A DNA stretch of 64,000 bases from Candidatus Poribacteria bacterium (GCA_965208675.1 OZ242351.1:640001-704000); one strand, 5' to 3'. Shown: positions 29,738-38,821, numbered from the stretch's first letter. The notes: generated from the sequence alone by a model not told the origin. Numbers and translations: made by a program.

Positions 29738-31047
29738 TATTCCATCACTTTCCGCCGGTTCATTTCAGCTTTAGTCTTTTCCACTAGGTCGCCCATATCA
29801 TCGCCAAAGAAGTTTTGGGGCCAATTTCGGATGTTGCCGTATTCGTCCATATTGAGGCGTTCAATTTCGGATTTGCCATCGTTGTTTTGGCAGGAATAGA
29901 GTTCCGTGTCATTCGTCGAAAGCTGCTCCTCGGCGATGCGGCGCGTTAGGCGGTGCAGCAGATGCTCGCTGTGGCTTTCAAGGATTATCTGGACGTTTCG
30001 ATTCATCACGACATCAATCAAGACATCCGCGAGTTCTGATTGCGCTTTTGGATGTAGATGGGCTTCAGGTTGTTCAAGGATAAGTATTGAGCCTTCAGGA
30101 GCATAGTAGCATAGAACCAACACTGGCAGGACCTGGGAAACGCCAATACCGACATCTGAAAGTTTGACTTCGAGACTACCATTGTATTCTGTGACATGGA
30201 ATTCGTAGCTCTGTTCTCTTCCTGGAACCGGGTCAAGTCGATAGGAGTCAATCAATTCCAGTCGTTTTACCCATTTCTGTATCTGTTCGTCAACTGAGAG
30301 TCGCCTAACTCGCGCTGAAAGCAGTGCGGCAACCATCTTTTCCCCATGCTGACCAACGCCTTTTGGGTGGTCGCCTTCCCAGATGTAATGGTGGCGGGGC
30401 TGTTCGCGGAGCGGACCTAGGTAGTGGATTTTGGAGAATAGAGATTCGAAAGCCCTCTGTAGAAGCAAGAAACTGTTGAGCCCTGGTCCTGAATCATGTA
30501 CCCCATAGCACCGAAACGGATTTGCGTCTATCGACTCCTGTGAAAAGACCAGCAAACCGGTCTTAACCAGAAAATCTGGAAATCTGAATCGGTGCCCTTG
30601 TGCCTTCCTCTCTAAAACCCAATTCTGTGCGTTAGCGGTATAACAAAAGCCGTTCAAATCTGTGTGCTGATCGTCTTGCTCAACGGACGTTGAGAAGGTA
30701 AGCGAGTCGGTTGATATCTCTGCAGATACTACTCTAATATCCATAGCCCTAGGAAGGCTCCACGATACCAACATGTCTAGCTTTGAATCCTCGTTGTGCC
30801 CGTGGATAATGTCATCGAATTCGCCGAGATTAACCAGTGACTTCGTGTCGTTCCCATCACCAAAGTAAAGCGGTTCATTCCAATCGGGTGATGGATGCTC
30901 TACGGTTTGCTTGAGCATGAGCAGGACTTGCAAGATACTAGATTTGCCGGAGCTATTCGCGCCGAAGAATCCAGTCAAGGGTGCGAAACGCAGCAAACCC
31001 GTATCTTGCCATGACTTGAAGTTTTGGGCTTTGAGTTCGGTAATCAT
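29737..31047 (-). CDS. ABC/AAA ATPase with C-terminal DUF3696-like domain
   Basis: NFKSW, Walker A GANSSGKSS, YLGPLR, VGIGVSQVLP, LEQPEAHLHP, ESHSEH, DEYGNIRNWPQNFF. Confidence 0.88.
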   Translation of the reverse strand: MITELKAQNFKSWQDTGLLRFAPLTGFFGANSSGKSSILQVLLMLKQTVEHPSPDWNEPLYFGDGNDTKSLVNLGEFDDIIHGHNEDSKLDMLVSWSLPRAMDIRVVSAEISTDSLTFSTSVEQDDQHTDLNGFCYTANAQNWVLERKAQGHRFRFPDFLVKTGLLVFSQESIDANPFRCYGVHDSGPGLNSFLLLQRAFESLFSKIHYLGPLREQPRHHYIWEGDHPKGVGQHGEKMVAALLSARVRRLSVDEQIQKWVKRLELIDSYRLDPVPGREQSYEFHVTEYNGSLEVKLSDVGIGVSQVLPVLVLCYYAPEGSILILEQPEAHLHPKAQSELADVLIDVVMNRNVQIILESHSEHLLHRLTRRIAEEQLSTNDTELYSCQNNDGKSEIERLNMDEYGNIRNWPQNFFGDDMGDLVEKTKAEMNRRKVME

Positions 31048-31124
31048 AACTTTTCCGCTCTTTCACAAAGAGATTGAAACATAAAATTTAACATGCGCCG
31101 ATGATGAAGCGCTGGGGTTCGCAT

Positions 31125-31245
31125 TCAACCTCCCCTAGCCCCTCCTTGGTAAGGAGGGGAATAAAACTGAAAAATTGATTGCCGGCAAGGCATCGGAGGC
31201 TATCGCGCTCTATAGTCGGTCATTAAACGGTCAACCCAACCTACG
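31125..31245. repeat. REP-like remnants
   Basis: CAACCTCCCCTAGCCCCTCCTTGGTAAGGAGGGGAATAAAA and CAACCCAACCTAC. Confidence 0.75.
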
Positions 31246-31260
31246 CGCTGCAATTGCTTG

Positions 31261-31662
31261 TTAGGTCAGCTTGAAGGCGCGCTCGAGTGCTAGCAAAGAA
31301 TCAACCCTGCTTAACGCCTCATTCATGGACTGTAGTTTCATGGTGGTCATCCCAGCGAAGGCAAGGAATGCACCGTATTTTACCGAGATGCCAACCTTGG
31401 TTGTCGATTCACCTGCTGATTCAAAATCGTAGATTATTGTCCAACCCTTGTGGCGAATACGCGTGACGGCTTCTACTGCAGGTTCTTGAATCACGACTCT
31501 GTGGTTTTCATTCTCCTCCAGAATTGCTCCAGAATATCCCCAGCCTGAATGAAGGTTGTTGTAGGCAGCTCGGAATTTGGGATTCGATATTGATTCTTTT
31601 ACGTAAGAATAGCAAACTTCAACCGGCACCTCAACATCAACCGAAACAAACGTCCTACCCAT
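31261..31662 (-). CDS. Small SRPBCC/START-fold-like protein
   Basis: VSVDVEVPVEVCYSY...YDFESAGESTTKVGISVKY pattern; GGAGG RBS before ATG 31662. Confidence 0.5.
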   Translation of the reverse strand: MGRTFVSVDVEVPVEVCYSYVKESISNPKFRAAYNNLHSGWGYSGAILEENENHRVVIQEPAVEAVTRIRHKGWTIIYDFESAGESTTKVGISVKYGAFLAFAGMTTMKLQSMNEALSRVDSLLALERAFKLT

Positions 31663-31767
31663 TTGAACCTCCATCACTTCAGAATTTAGGGTTATAATTT
31701 GATCGTTTGCGAGGAAAACCTTGGTTTTTCACCGCGCCGAGAATAGTATGCTGGTTTTCGATGCTAC

Positions 31768-32325
31768 AACCTCCCCTAGCCCCTCCTTGGTAAGGAGGGG
31801 GATAAAAACAAAAGAACTTCCCACAACGTACAACGTAGTCTGGAAGTCCAGAGGTTTGAAAAGCGTTGGGTTTCGCTTCACGCATACAAGTATTAGCTTG
31901 AATCGGCAGACTATAATCATGCTGCACAGTTTACATTTTGCATGAAACCCGCTCTACCCAACCTACAAAATCACAAAAACTATCGCCTTCCCTAATCGGT
32001 CAGTTGATCCTCCTTGGTAAGGAGGGCATTAAGAACAAGAAAATCCTCCGCCTTGCGAAGGAGGAGCGAGACTCAATGACCAACTGCCCGCGAGGTCAAA
32101 AATTGTCGGGAATTGGAATTCCCTCCTACAGGCGTAAGGCGGTAGGAGCGACTTCCGAATTGTTACGCATTCGGGTCATGCGGTTATTGGATAATCGGGA
32201 AAGGGATTTCCCTCCCACAGGGTTCATATTTTGCGGCTTTTGTAGGTTGGATAGAGCCTACGCCGAAACCCAACCTACGACCTTCCCTAGCCCGTCCTTG
32301 GTTAGGAGGGCGACAAGAGGGGAAT
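31768..32325. repeat. REP mosaic (P-A-B-C-D-P)
   Basis: Module A 31851-31967, B AACTATCGCCTTCCCTAATCGGTCAGTTGATCCTCCTTGGTAAGGAGGG, then modules C and D as in other clusters. Confidence 0.85.
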
Positions 32326-32349
32326 GTGGCGTCACGGCAAAGCATCTCA

Positions 32350-32378
32350 ATTATAACACAATTTGCTTCCGTTGACAA
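32350..32378 (-). promoter_or_regulatory. Putative sigma70 promoter facing the defence operon (TTGTCA-17-TATAAT, extended -10)
   Basis: Minus strand TTGTCA acggaagcaaattg TGt TATAAT. Confidence 0.6.
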
Positions 32379-32495
32379 AGCCTTGAGGTGTAGGTCAAAC
32401 TTCGCCTTAAGGTGTTGCACAAACATGACTTGTATGCCTCTCATACCAAAAATGAAATTCAGATGCAATTGCCCTGAAGGTGATTGCTTAAAAAC

Positions 32496-32524
32496 TTGCC
32501 TTTTTTTCGCGATCGTGATATAAT
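32496..32524 (+). promoter_or_regulatory. Putative sigma70 promoter (TTGCCT-17-TATAAT, extended -10)
   Basis: TTGCCT ttttttcgcgatcg TGa TATAAT. Confidence 0.65.
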
Positions 32525-32530
32525 CCCGGT

Positions 32531-32684
32531 AATTCCAATCAGAAAGTGAGTTCAGAAATTGTTCAATCAACTAAAACCAAGGGCGGCGTGAATGACAGCT
32601 AGCTTTGGTTAGATCTACCAAACTTCCTTCCATTCCTTCCTGCCAATCGCCCGCCTGTGAGCAGTGTACCTCACTGCTGTTTTT
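32531..32684 (+). ncRNA. Candidate sRNA or attenuated leader (~155 nt)
   Basis: Promoter, AACCAAGG/CTTTGGTT stem, CU-rich CTTCCTTCCATTCCTTCC, terminator AGCAGTG-TACCT-CACTGCT-GTTTTT. Confidence 0.45.
32660..32684 (+). terminator. Intrinsic terminator
   Basis: AGCAGTG/CACTGCT stem followed by GTTTTT. Confidence 0.6.
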
Positions 32685-32719
32685 CGTGCCTTCGACATTT
32701 TTCAAATAATAACTTCAAC

Positions 32720-33205
32720 CTGTACAAAAACTATCGCCTTCCCTAATCGGTCAGTTGATCCTCCTTGGTAAGGAGGGGGACATAAACTCGGGGACCCCAA
32801 CAACCAACTAACCCCATCGCGCTGTATTGTCGGGAATTGGAATTCCTTCCTACAGGCATAATGCGGTAGGAATGATCTCCGAATCTCGACACGCTAGGTC
32901 AATGGTTGCTCAATAATCGGGAAAGGGATTTCCCTCCCACAAGGTTCATATTCTGCGGTATTTGTAAGTTGGGTAGAGCCAACGCCGAATCCCAACCTAC
33001 ACAATTACAAAGACTATCGCCTTCCCTAATCGGTCAGTTGATCCTCCTTGGTAAGGAGGGGAATAAGAGCAAAAAAATCCTCCCCCTTGCCAAGGGGGAG
33101 TTAGTGGGGGTTAGAGTTTTCCGAATTAACCTCCCCTAGCCCCTCCTTAGTAAGGAGGTGAATAAGGACAAAAAAATCCTTTCATTTGACAAGGGGGAGT
33201 TTGAG
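32720..33205. repeat. REP mosaic (B-C-D-B-P-P)
   Basis: Two module B copies (~32727, ~33010), C, D and CCTCC(C/T)CCTT-n-AAGG(G/A)GG palindromes. Confidence 0.85.
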
Positions 33206-33260
33206 ATTGACAAACGAAAGAGAGCGACTGCTACGAAAACGAAAAAAGGAGGCTGTAACC

Positions 33261-34079
33261 ATGTTAAGAACACCTGTATCATTAACTCTAATTATTGTCA
33301 TGACGGCGGGATGGGTTGGTATCACAGCGGTTGTTGGAGAAGCGGCGATTGACGAAGACGTGGTGCTTGCCATGCCATTTGATTCAGAAGAAGCCAACGA
33401 CATATCTTCTCTTGAACATACGGGCGTGCTAGAAGGAGACGTCAAGGTCGTAGAAGGAAAGATTAGAAAAGCCCTGAGTTTCGATGGGGATGGCGACAAG
33501 GTTGTAGTTGAGAGCAAGGGTGATGCCCTGGACATCGTCGATTCTGACGCCACGATTGTGATGTGGGCGAAGTTCGCCAACTCCGGTGTAAAATTCGATG
33601 CCTTCTGTGCCAAAAACGAAGGCGGCGGCGAAAAACCGAAATGGGTATTCTACAATAGACCCGATGACAACGCTAGACCCGGACTCACGTTCCACATCAA
33701 TTCCGCAGATCACGATCCCCTCTGGTTTGGTAAAGTCCCTTTTGTCGCTGATAAGGGCAAATGGTATCAAATCGCTGTGGTCGTGGAAGGGCATGACTAC
33801 ATTTTTTATGTGGATGGAAAAAATGTTGGCGAAGAGTCTGATGCTACCAAGGAGAAGATATCTTTGGTCGAACGTGCGCCCCTGACAATCGGGTGGTCTG
33901 AAGGCAACTTTTTCTTCAACGGCGTCCTGGATGAGTTCCTTATGGTCAAAAGGGCTTTGACCGCGGAGGAACTTAGCAGCCACTTTGACGGCGGTGTAGA
34001 GGGATTCTTGGCTGTCCAGCCCCGTGGGAAACTTAGCGCAGTCTGGGGCAACATCAAGGCTGGTATATTCCGCCATTGA
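33261..34079 (+). CDS. Secreted LamG-like jellyroll domain protein
   Basis: Signal peptide, GKIRKALSFDG, WYQIAVV, FYVDG, FNGVLDE, C-terminal AVQPRGKLSAVWGNIK; AGGAGG RBS. Confidence 0.9.
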   Translation: MLRTPVSLTLIIVMTAGWVGITAVVGEAAIDEDVVLAMPFDSEEANDISSLEHTGVLEGDVKVVEGKIRKALSFDGDGDKVVVESKGDALDIVDSDATIVMWAKFANSGVKFDAFCAKNEGGGEKPKWVFYNRPDDNARPGLTFHINSADHDPLWFGKVPFVADKGKWYQIAVVVEGHDYIFYVDGKNVGEESDATKEKISLVERAPLTIGWSEGNFFFNGVLDEFLMVKRALTAEELSSHFDGGVEGFLAVQPRGKLSAVWGNIKAGIFRH

Positions 34080-34086
34080 TTCAATG

Positions 34087-34236
34087 TAGGCGTTTCGCAG
34101 TTGATCGTTCAAAGGTTCGTAGTAGGGCAATTCATTGCCCGTTTCTCCATAAAACAACATGTCAGGTCAAGGAAGTGTGCGACCTGCCGGACGCGCAATA
34201 AATTGCGCTACTACAAACTGAACTGCGTACGTCCTA
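34087..34236. mobile_element. MITE-like element with degenerate TAGGACTTACGCA-type ends enclosing a REP pair
   Basis: TAGGCGTTTCGCAGTT...AACTGCGTACGTCCTA; internal GTAGTAGGGCAATTCATTGCCC and GCGCAATAAATTGCGCTACTAC. Confidence 0.6.
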
Positions 34237-34411
34237 CAATGTTTAAAAGCCTGTTTGAATGATGGGTGGCAAAGCCATTCTTGGGCGTTTGAGTTACTAT
34301 AATCTGTCGCCCCGCTGGGGCTTTGGATGTAAGGTGAATTTTCGTTTCTATAAATCTGAAAAAACTATCTTCGATTTGATGATCGAAGATCCCCTCCGGG
34401 GCTTTGGCTTA

Positions 34412-34542
34412 AGAACCTTTTTGAAAAGTAGATGGCAGAGTCATTTATTTGGTCATATGGTGTCCAAATCATTGGATTTTCAAGGCATTTACCGTAAAAT
34501 AGCCTCCCTCGAAGACGGATTCGGACTTTTCAAACCGATTCT
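34412..34542. mobile_element. MITE-like element with 18-bp imperfect terminal inverted repeats
   Basis: AGAACCTTTTTGAAAAGT ... ACTTTTCAAACCGATTCT. Confidence 0.45.
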
Positions 34543-34629
34543 ATGGCAGGTGTGGTCTAGAGTGAATTTTCCTCTTAACTAAAAGGTAATAAGTCCGGAA
34601 AAAATCGTGAATTTTAGGAGAATTGAGTC

Positions 34630-35469
34630 GTGGAATTGACGGATGAAGAACGGTACAACATAGAGCAGCGTACCTATGACTGCAAGCCCGCCCTGACAGA
34701 CAGTCAGGTGCTGGAATTTTGCAAACAAGGGTTTCTCTTGCTTGAGGGTGTTGTTCCGGACGAGATAAATCGCAGGACATTCGAGTATCTCGAAAATAAC
34801 ACCTATTACGAACCGACCGAAATCCTCAGAGAAAAGTGGTTCGTCGAGGCTGTAATTCTTAACACGCAGGCGGCGGGTGCAATCCGGTCGTTGCTCGGGG
34901 CGAGTTTCGGCTTACCGATTCTTATGAGCCAGCATCGGGTTAAGTGTCCGACTTCGGCGCAGGGCTGGCATCGCGATGCCAGCTCGAAATTCGGTCCAGA
35001 GCTGACCTCGCTGCAGGTGTTCTATTACCCACAAAATACACCTGAGGAGTTGGGGCCGACCGAGATATTGCCGGGGTCACATCTTTCCTATGCGCGTCAA
35101 ATAGGGCACTACGGCAGCATTCGCGGTGCGCACAAAACGACTGCGCCCGCGGGTTCAATCTTCATCACGGTCTATTCGATTTGGCACCGCCGCGCCGCGT
35201 CCACTGCGGACGGGATGCGCCATATGTTGAAATACAACTACTGGCGCACCCTATCGCCAGAACGTGATTGGATCCGAGAGCCGGACTTTGATTTTGACTC
35301 GGCTAACTATGGCCCGGATCGGCTGCAAAGCGCTCAGATGTTCTACTGGTTATGCGGGAAGGAAAGCCAGTTTCGCTGGGTAGGCGGCCAAGCGTGGCCC
35401 ATGCGTTATAGTCGCGGAGCCAACTACAAGCCGTACGGATCGCCATCTGCGCCGCCGAGACGCGGTTAG
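34630..35469 (+). CDS. Phytanoyl-CoA dioxygenase (PhyH) family protein
   Basis: QGWHRD (HxD), GPTEILPGSH, IWHRR. Confidence 0.88.
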   Translation: MELTDEERYNIEQRTYDCKPALTDSQVLEFCKQGFLLLEGVVPDEINRRTFEYLENNTYYEPTEILREKWFVEAVILNTQAAGAIRSLLGASFGLPILMSQHRVKCPTSAQGWHRDASSKFGPELTSLQVFYYPQNTPEELGPTEILPGSHLSYARQIGHYGSIRGAHKTTAPAGSIFITVYSIWHRRAASTADGMRHMLKYNYWRTLSPERDWIREPDFDFDSANYGPDRLQSAQMFYWLCGKESQFRWVGGQAWPMRYSRGANYKPYGSPSAPPRRG

Positions 35470-35553
35470 GCGGCGAGAGGATCGTAAACGTCTGTTATTG
35501 TACCTTTTAGGTCTTCGACTCGACCAAATGCCAATAACAGAAAGGAGAAGAAA

Positions 35554-36372
35554 ATGAGAATTGTAATATTTGTCCTGTGGATCGTTGGTTTGGTGTTCGC
35601 TTCCTCTTTTGGAGAAGCAGCGGTCATTGACCGAGACATCGTGCTCGCCGTTTCGTTTGACGAAGCCGGTGTTAGAGACCTGTCCCCCCACGGCAATGAC
35701 GGCATCCTAAAGGCGGGCGCCAGAAAGGTAGAAGGCAAGTTCGGAAAAGCCCTTAGCCTGAACGGATCGAACCAGCATGTGGAGATAAAAAATCATGACA
35801 GTCTCATCCTATTTAGGTCCGACTTCACAATGGCGGTATGGTTGAATTTTGCAACAGCCCCGCCGAAGGGCACAAGAGGGTTGGAAGGGTTTTCAATGAT
35901 GAGTCACGATGAAGGGCCCGGAAGTACGGACAAATGGATTTGGTGGTATACCGGCGGCGCGATACACCTCCATATCCATATCAAAAATTGCTTTTGCGGT
36001 AAAGCTGCAACCGCTTGGATTAACTCTGACAGATGGGCCGCCGAGTTAGATGAGTGGCATCAGGTAGCCATGGTAAGGGTGGGTAACAAGTACGCTTATT
36101 ACCTGAACGGCGAGCCATTTGGAGAATTCGATGATAACACCGACCCGACGCCGATGCCCAAAACAATTGACAGCGACTTCCTCATCGGATGGTCAGAAGG
36201 CCCGTTTTTCTTCAGCGGACTGCTTGATGAAATCCTAATTATTAAAAGGCCTCTGAGCCAGGCGGAAATTCTCAGCCACTTCCAAGGCGGATTGAGCGGT
36301 TTTCTGTCTGTTCAACCTTATGATAAGCTCTCCACAACCTGGGCTAACCTTAAGGTCGAGGCGCTTTATTGA
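35554..36372 (+). CDS. Secreted LamG-like jellyroll domain protein
   Basis: Signal peptide, GKFGKALSLNG, WHQVAMV, FSGLLDE, C-terminal SVQPYDKLSTTWANLK. Confidence 0.9.
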   Translation: MRIVIFVLWIVGLVFASSFGEAAVIDRDIVLAVSFDEAGVRDLSPHGNDGILKAGARKVEGKFGKALSLNGSNQHVEIKNHDSLILFRSDFTMAVWLNFATAPPKGTRGLEGFSMMSHDEGPGSTDKWIWWYTGGAIHLHIHIKNCFCGKAATAWINSDRWAAELDEWHQVAMVRVGNKYAYYLNGEPFGEFDDNTDPTPMPKTIDSDFLIGWSEGPFFFSGLLDEILIIKRPLSQAEILSHFQGGLSGFLSVQPYDKLSTTWANLKVEALY

Positions 36373-36452
36373 AAAGTCTTCCTTGCGGGCGTTGACAGCA
36401 ATTACCCCAAACAAGTGGCTGTGGGCAATGCCGCACGAAAATGGTACTGCGG

Positions 36453-37310
36453 ATGAAGGGTCTAAGTTGCGATTCGGGAATGCTTCACATGTTCAGCCTG
36501 GAACAGGCGATTGATGTGCTTGCAGCGCAGGGCTATAAAGCTATCGACATTAGCCTTGAGAAAGGGCGGCCCATCCTGCCGGTTCCACAGGCGCACATGA
36601 GTCCGGATGCAGATGCGAACACACGCCAGCAGTTGCGAAAGCATGCCGAGCAAGCCGGCGTAACCATCTTGGCATTGAATGCCACTACAAATCTCATCTA
36701 CAATGTGCCAGAGACGAGGCAAGCCAACCTGAAATTCGTGATGGGAGCGTTGGAACTCGCCTCGGATCTTGGCGCAAGGTACGTGGTCACCGGCGGCGGT
36801 TCGAAGAAATTCTATGGGCGGGAAAGCCAGTATTGGGAATGGTTGCTAGCCGCGCTGCGTGCACTGCTGTCCCGTGCTAACCAACTGGGGGTGACGCTAG
36901 CCTTCGAAGCAGCGGGACCGTATGGCCGCTTTGTGCACAATCTGAGCCGGGTGAAGCATCTGCTGAGCTGCGAGGGACTGGAGGCTCTGCGGGTCGTGTT
37001 TGACCCGAGCCATTACCACCTCAGAGGAGATTCGGTAGTGAAGGCGTACGAAGCGTTGAGCGGCCATGTGGCGCACGTGCACACCAAGGACGCTAAGGGC
37101 GACGCGGAGGATTTTGAGTTTCCGCCGCTGGGTGAGGGTGAGGTAGATTTCGACGGACTTCTCGGTGCAATCGTTGCGGACGGCTATGACGGTTACATCT
37201 CGGTCGAGTACGAGGGTTTTGCCTGGGGTTATGAAAGCGACTGCCGGAAAGTGCTTGCTGACAGCAAATCCTTCATTAACCGCATCCTCGCGTCGAAACA
37301 AAATCTCTGA
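36453..37310 (+). CDS. Sugar phosphate isomerase/epimerase (TIM barrel)
   Basis: LAFE, FDPSH, HVHTKD, PLGEGEVDF, YISVEYE. Confidence 0.88.
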   Translation: MKGLSCDSGMLHMFSLEQAIDVLAAQGYKAIDISLEKGRPILPVPQAHMSPDADANTRQQLRKHAEQAGVTILALNATTNLIYNVPETRQANLKFVMGALELASDLGARYVVTGGGSKKFYGRESQYWEWLLAALRALLSRANQLGVTLAFEAAGPYGRFVHNLSRVKHLLSCEGLEALRVVFDPSHYHLRGDSVVKAYEALSGHVAHVHTKDAKGDAEDFEFPPLGEGEVDFDGLLGAIVADGYDGYISVEYEGFAWGYESDCRKVLADSKSFINRILASKQNL

Positions 37311-37372
37311 AAGGTCGGAGACAAAGCGCTTTTGCAGAACCCAAACTAATGGTCGAATTGAGGAGGGCATTG

Positions 37373-38125
37373 ATGTCCGTTGAAGAAGCCATCCGCCATC
37401 TTGCAACCTATGGTTACTGCGTGCTTGAAGACCGCATTCCAGCGGATCGTGCGCAACGCATGGCAAAGAAATATTTGGAACTGCACAATGACCCAGCGGA
37501 CAGCTCGTCAAGCGTCAGTAGCAGCCATTATCAGACGGTGTTTGGAATACTGAATCTTGATGACATGGCATGGGCGTGCGCGACATGCCCGGAGGTGCTA
37601 GCAGTCGCCCGACATTTCCTAGGTGAACGCATCCGCATTGTTTCAGGCGGTTGTTCAAAAGTGACCTATCCCGGTGCGCAGGATCAGTCTCTGCACGTGG
37701 ATTCCGCCGGTTTTTTCCTTGAAGTGCCGAATATCCCGTGGCTGATTAACTCGATTTGGATGCTCACGGACTTCACGGTCGAGAACGGCGCCACGGGTGT
37801 TGTGCCGATGAGCCATTTGTCGCGCCGGAATCACCCACCAAACGGGATGGGGCCAGAGCACCCGTTGGTAAAACCTGTGACGGGCCGCGCAGGTTCGGTC
37901 CTGATGTGGCATTCCGGGCTTTTTCATGCTGCGCGTGCCAATCAATCCAATCAGATTCGCGTTGGACTCAACATGGGCTACTACCCGCGCTGGTTCAATA
38001 ACTGGATGATGGGCGGCCACCAACCCATCTGGCCTGAGACATACGAGCGGATGCCCCCCGAAATGAAGGCCTTATGTCCCGGCCGTTTGGCAAAAAACCG
38101 TGCTGACCTTTATGAAAATCCGTAA
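37373..38125 (+). CDS. PhyH family dioxygenase
   Basis: LHVD, WMLTDFTVENGATGVVPMSH, LFHAAR; GAGGAGG RBS. Confidence 0.9.
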   Translation: MSVEEAIRHLATYGYCVLEDRIPADRAQRMAKKYLELHNDPADSSSSVSSSHYQTVFGILNLDDMAWACATCPEVLAVARHFLGERIRIVSGGCSKVTYPGAQDQSLHVDSAGFFLEVPNIPWLINSIWMLTDFTVENGATGVVPMSHLSRRNHPPNGMGPEHPLVKPVTGRAGSVLMWHSGLFHAARANQSNQIRVGLNMGYYPRWFNNWMMGGHQPIWPETYERMPPEMKALCPGRLAKNRADLYENP

Positions 38126-38160
38126 TCTGGGCACTTGAGAAGTACGTACCGAGACAGAAT

Positions 38161-38527
38161 TAGGACTTACGCAGTTGAACGTCCAAAGGTTCGTATTCGA
38201 TTGTAGGACTCTGTTCAACTTGAAATCTTGCAACCAAAGGAAATTTATCAAGGTTGTCGAGCACCAACTCAATGCGACACACCTGTCGCCCCTCTGGGGC
38301 TTTAGGGCAGATTTTACGCTTTTTCCTACACACCTATCGCCCCGCTAGGGCTTGCAGAAACGGCAAAACTTCACACACCTAAGCGCTAGCGGCGCGACAG
38401 GTATATAGCAACATCAAACCCCTCTATACCAAAGTCCCTGCGGGGCGACAGGTATGTAAGTTCAGTCTCTGGTGGCTTGCCCAATGCTTACAGCCATTGC
38501 CAATTTGACTGAACTGCGTAAGTCCTA
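38161..38527. mobile_element. MITE-like element with perfect 16-bp TIRs (TAGGACTTACGCAGTT)
   Basis: TAGGACTTACGCAGTT ... AACTGCGTAAGTCCTA; four internal CCT(G/A)TCGC-type repeats, two in each orientation. Confidence 0.75.
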
Positions 38528-38565
38528 AGAATTATGGTAAAACCAATAATCATTTATACACTGCG

Positions 38566-38634
38566 GTAGGTTCGGTTTCCTAACCGAACCGGTATTTATC
38601 CAGCCTCGTAGGCGCGGTTGGAATCCACATCTAC
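38566..38634. repeat. Two GTAG-REP-like palindromes
   Basis: GTAGGTTCGGTTTCCTAACCGAACC and GTAGGCGCGGTTGGAATCCACATCTAC. Confidence 0.65.
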
Positions 38635-38821
38635 CTAAACATTTGTAAATATGAACGAATTGAATATAAATTGATAAAACACATGCGTATTGGAGCAGCG
38701 GAGCGTTGATGCTCCGTTGCTTTAGTTTTCAATCTCCCTGCAGCATACAATTTGCATGAATTTTTTTTATAAAGGAGCGAATCGGCGAATCACCACCACT
38801 ATTCAGCAGTGAGGACTATTT

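Noticed and set aside
32184-32570. 128-aa minus-strand ORF
   Set aside because: TTG start, runs through two promoters and into REP modules, no recognisable motif
31768-33205. Possible CRISPR array
   Set aside because: The repeats are heterogeneous, irregularly spaced and have conserved interiors rather than unique spacers; no cas genes are present
33429-34160. 243-aa antisense ORF, and similar long antisense ORFs at 877-1581 and 36897-37511
   Set aside because: They are shadows of well-supported genes on the opposite strand
38742-38757. Sigma54-like CAGCATACAATTTGCA before the transporter
   Set aside because: Lacks the invariant GG at -24
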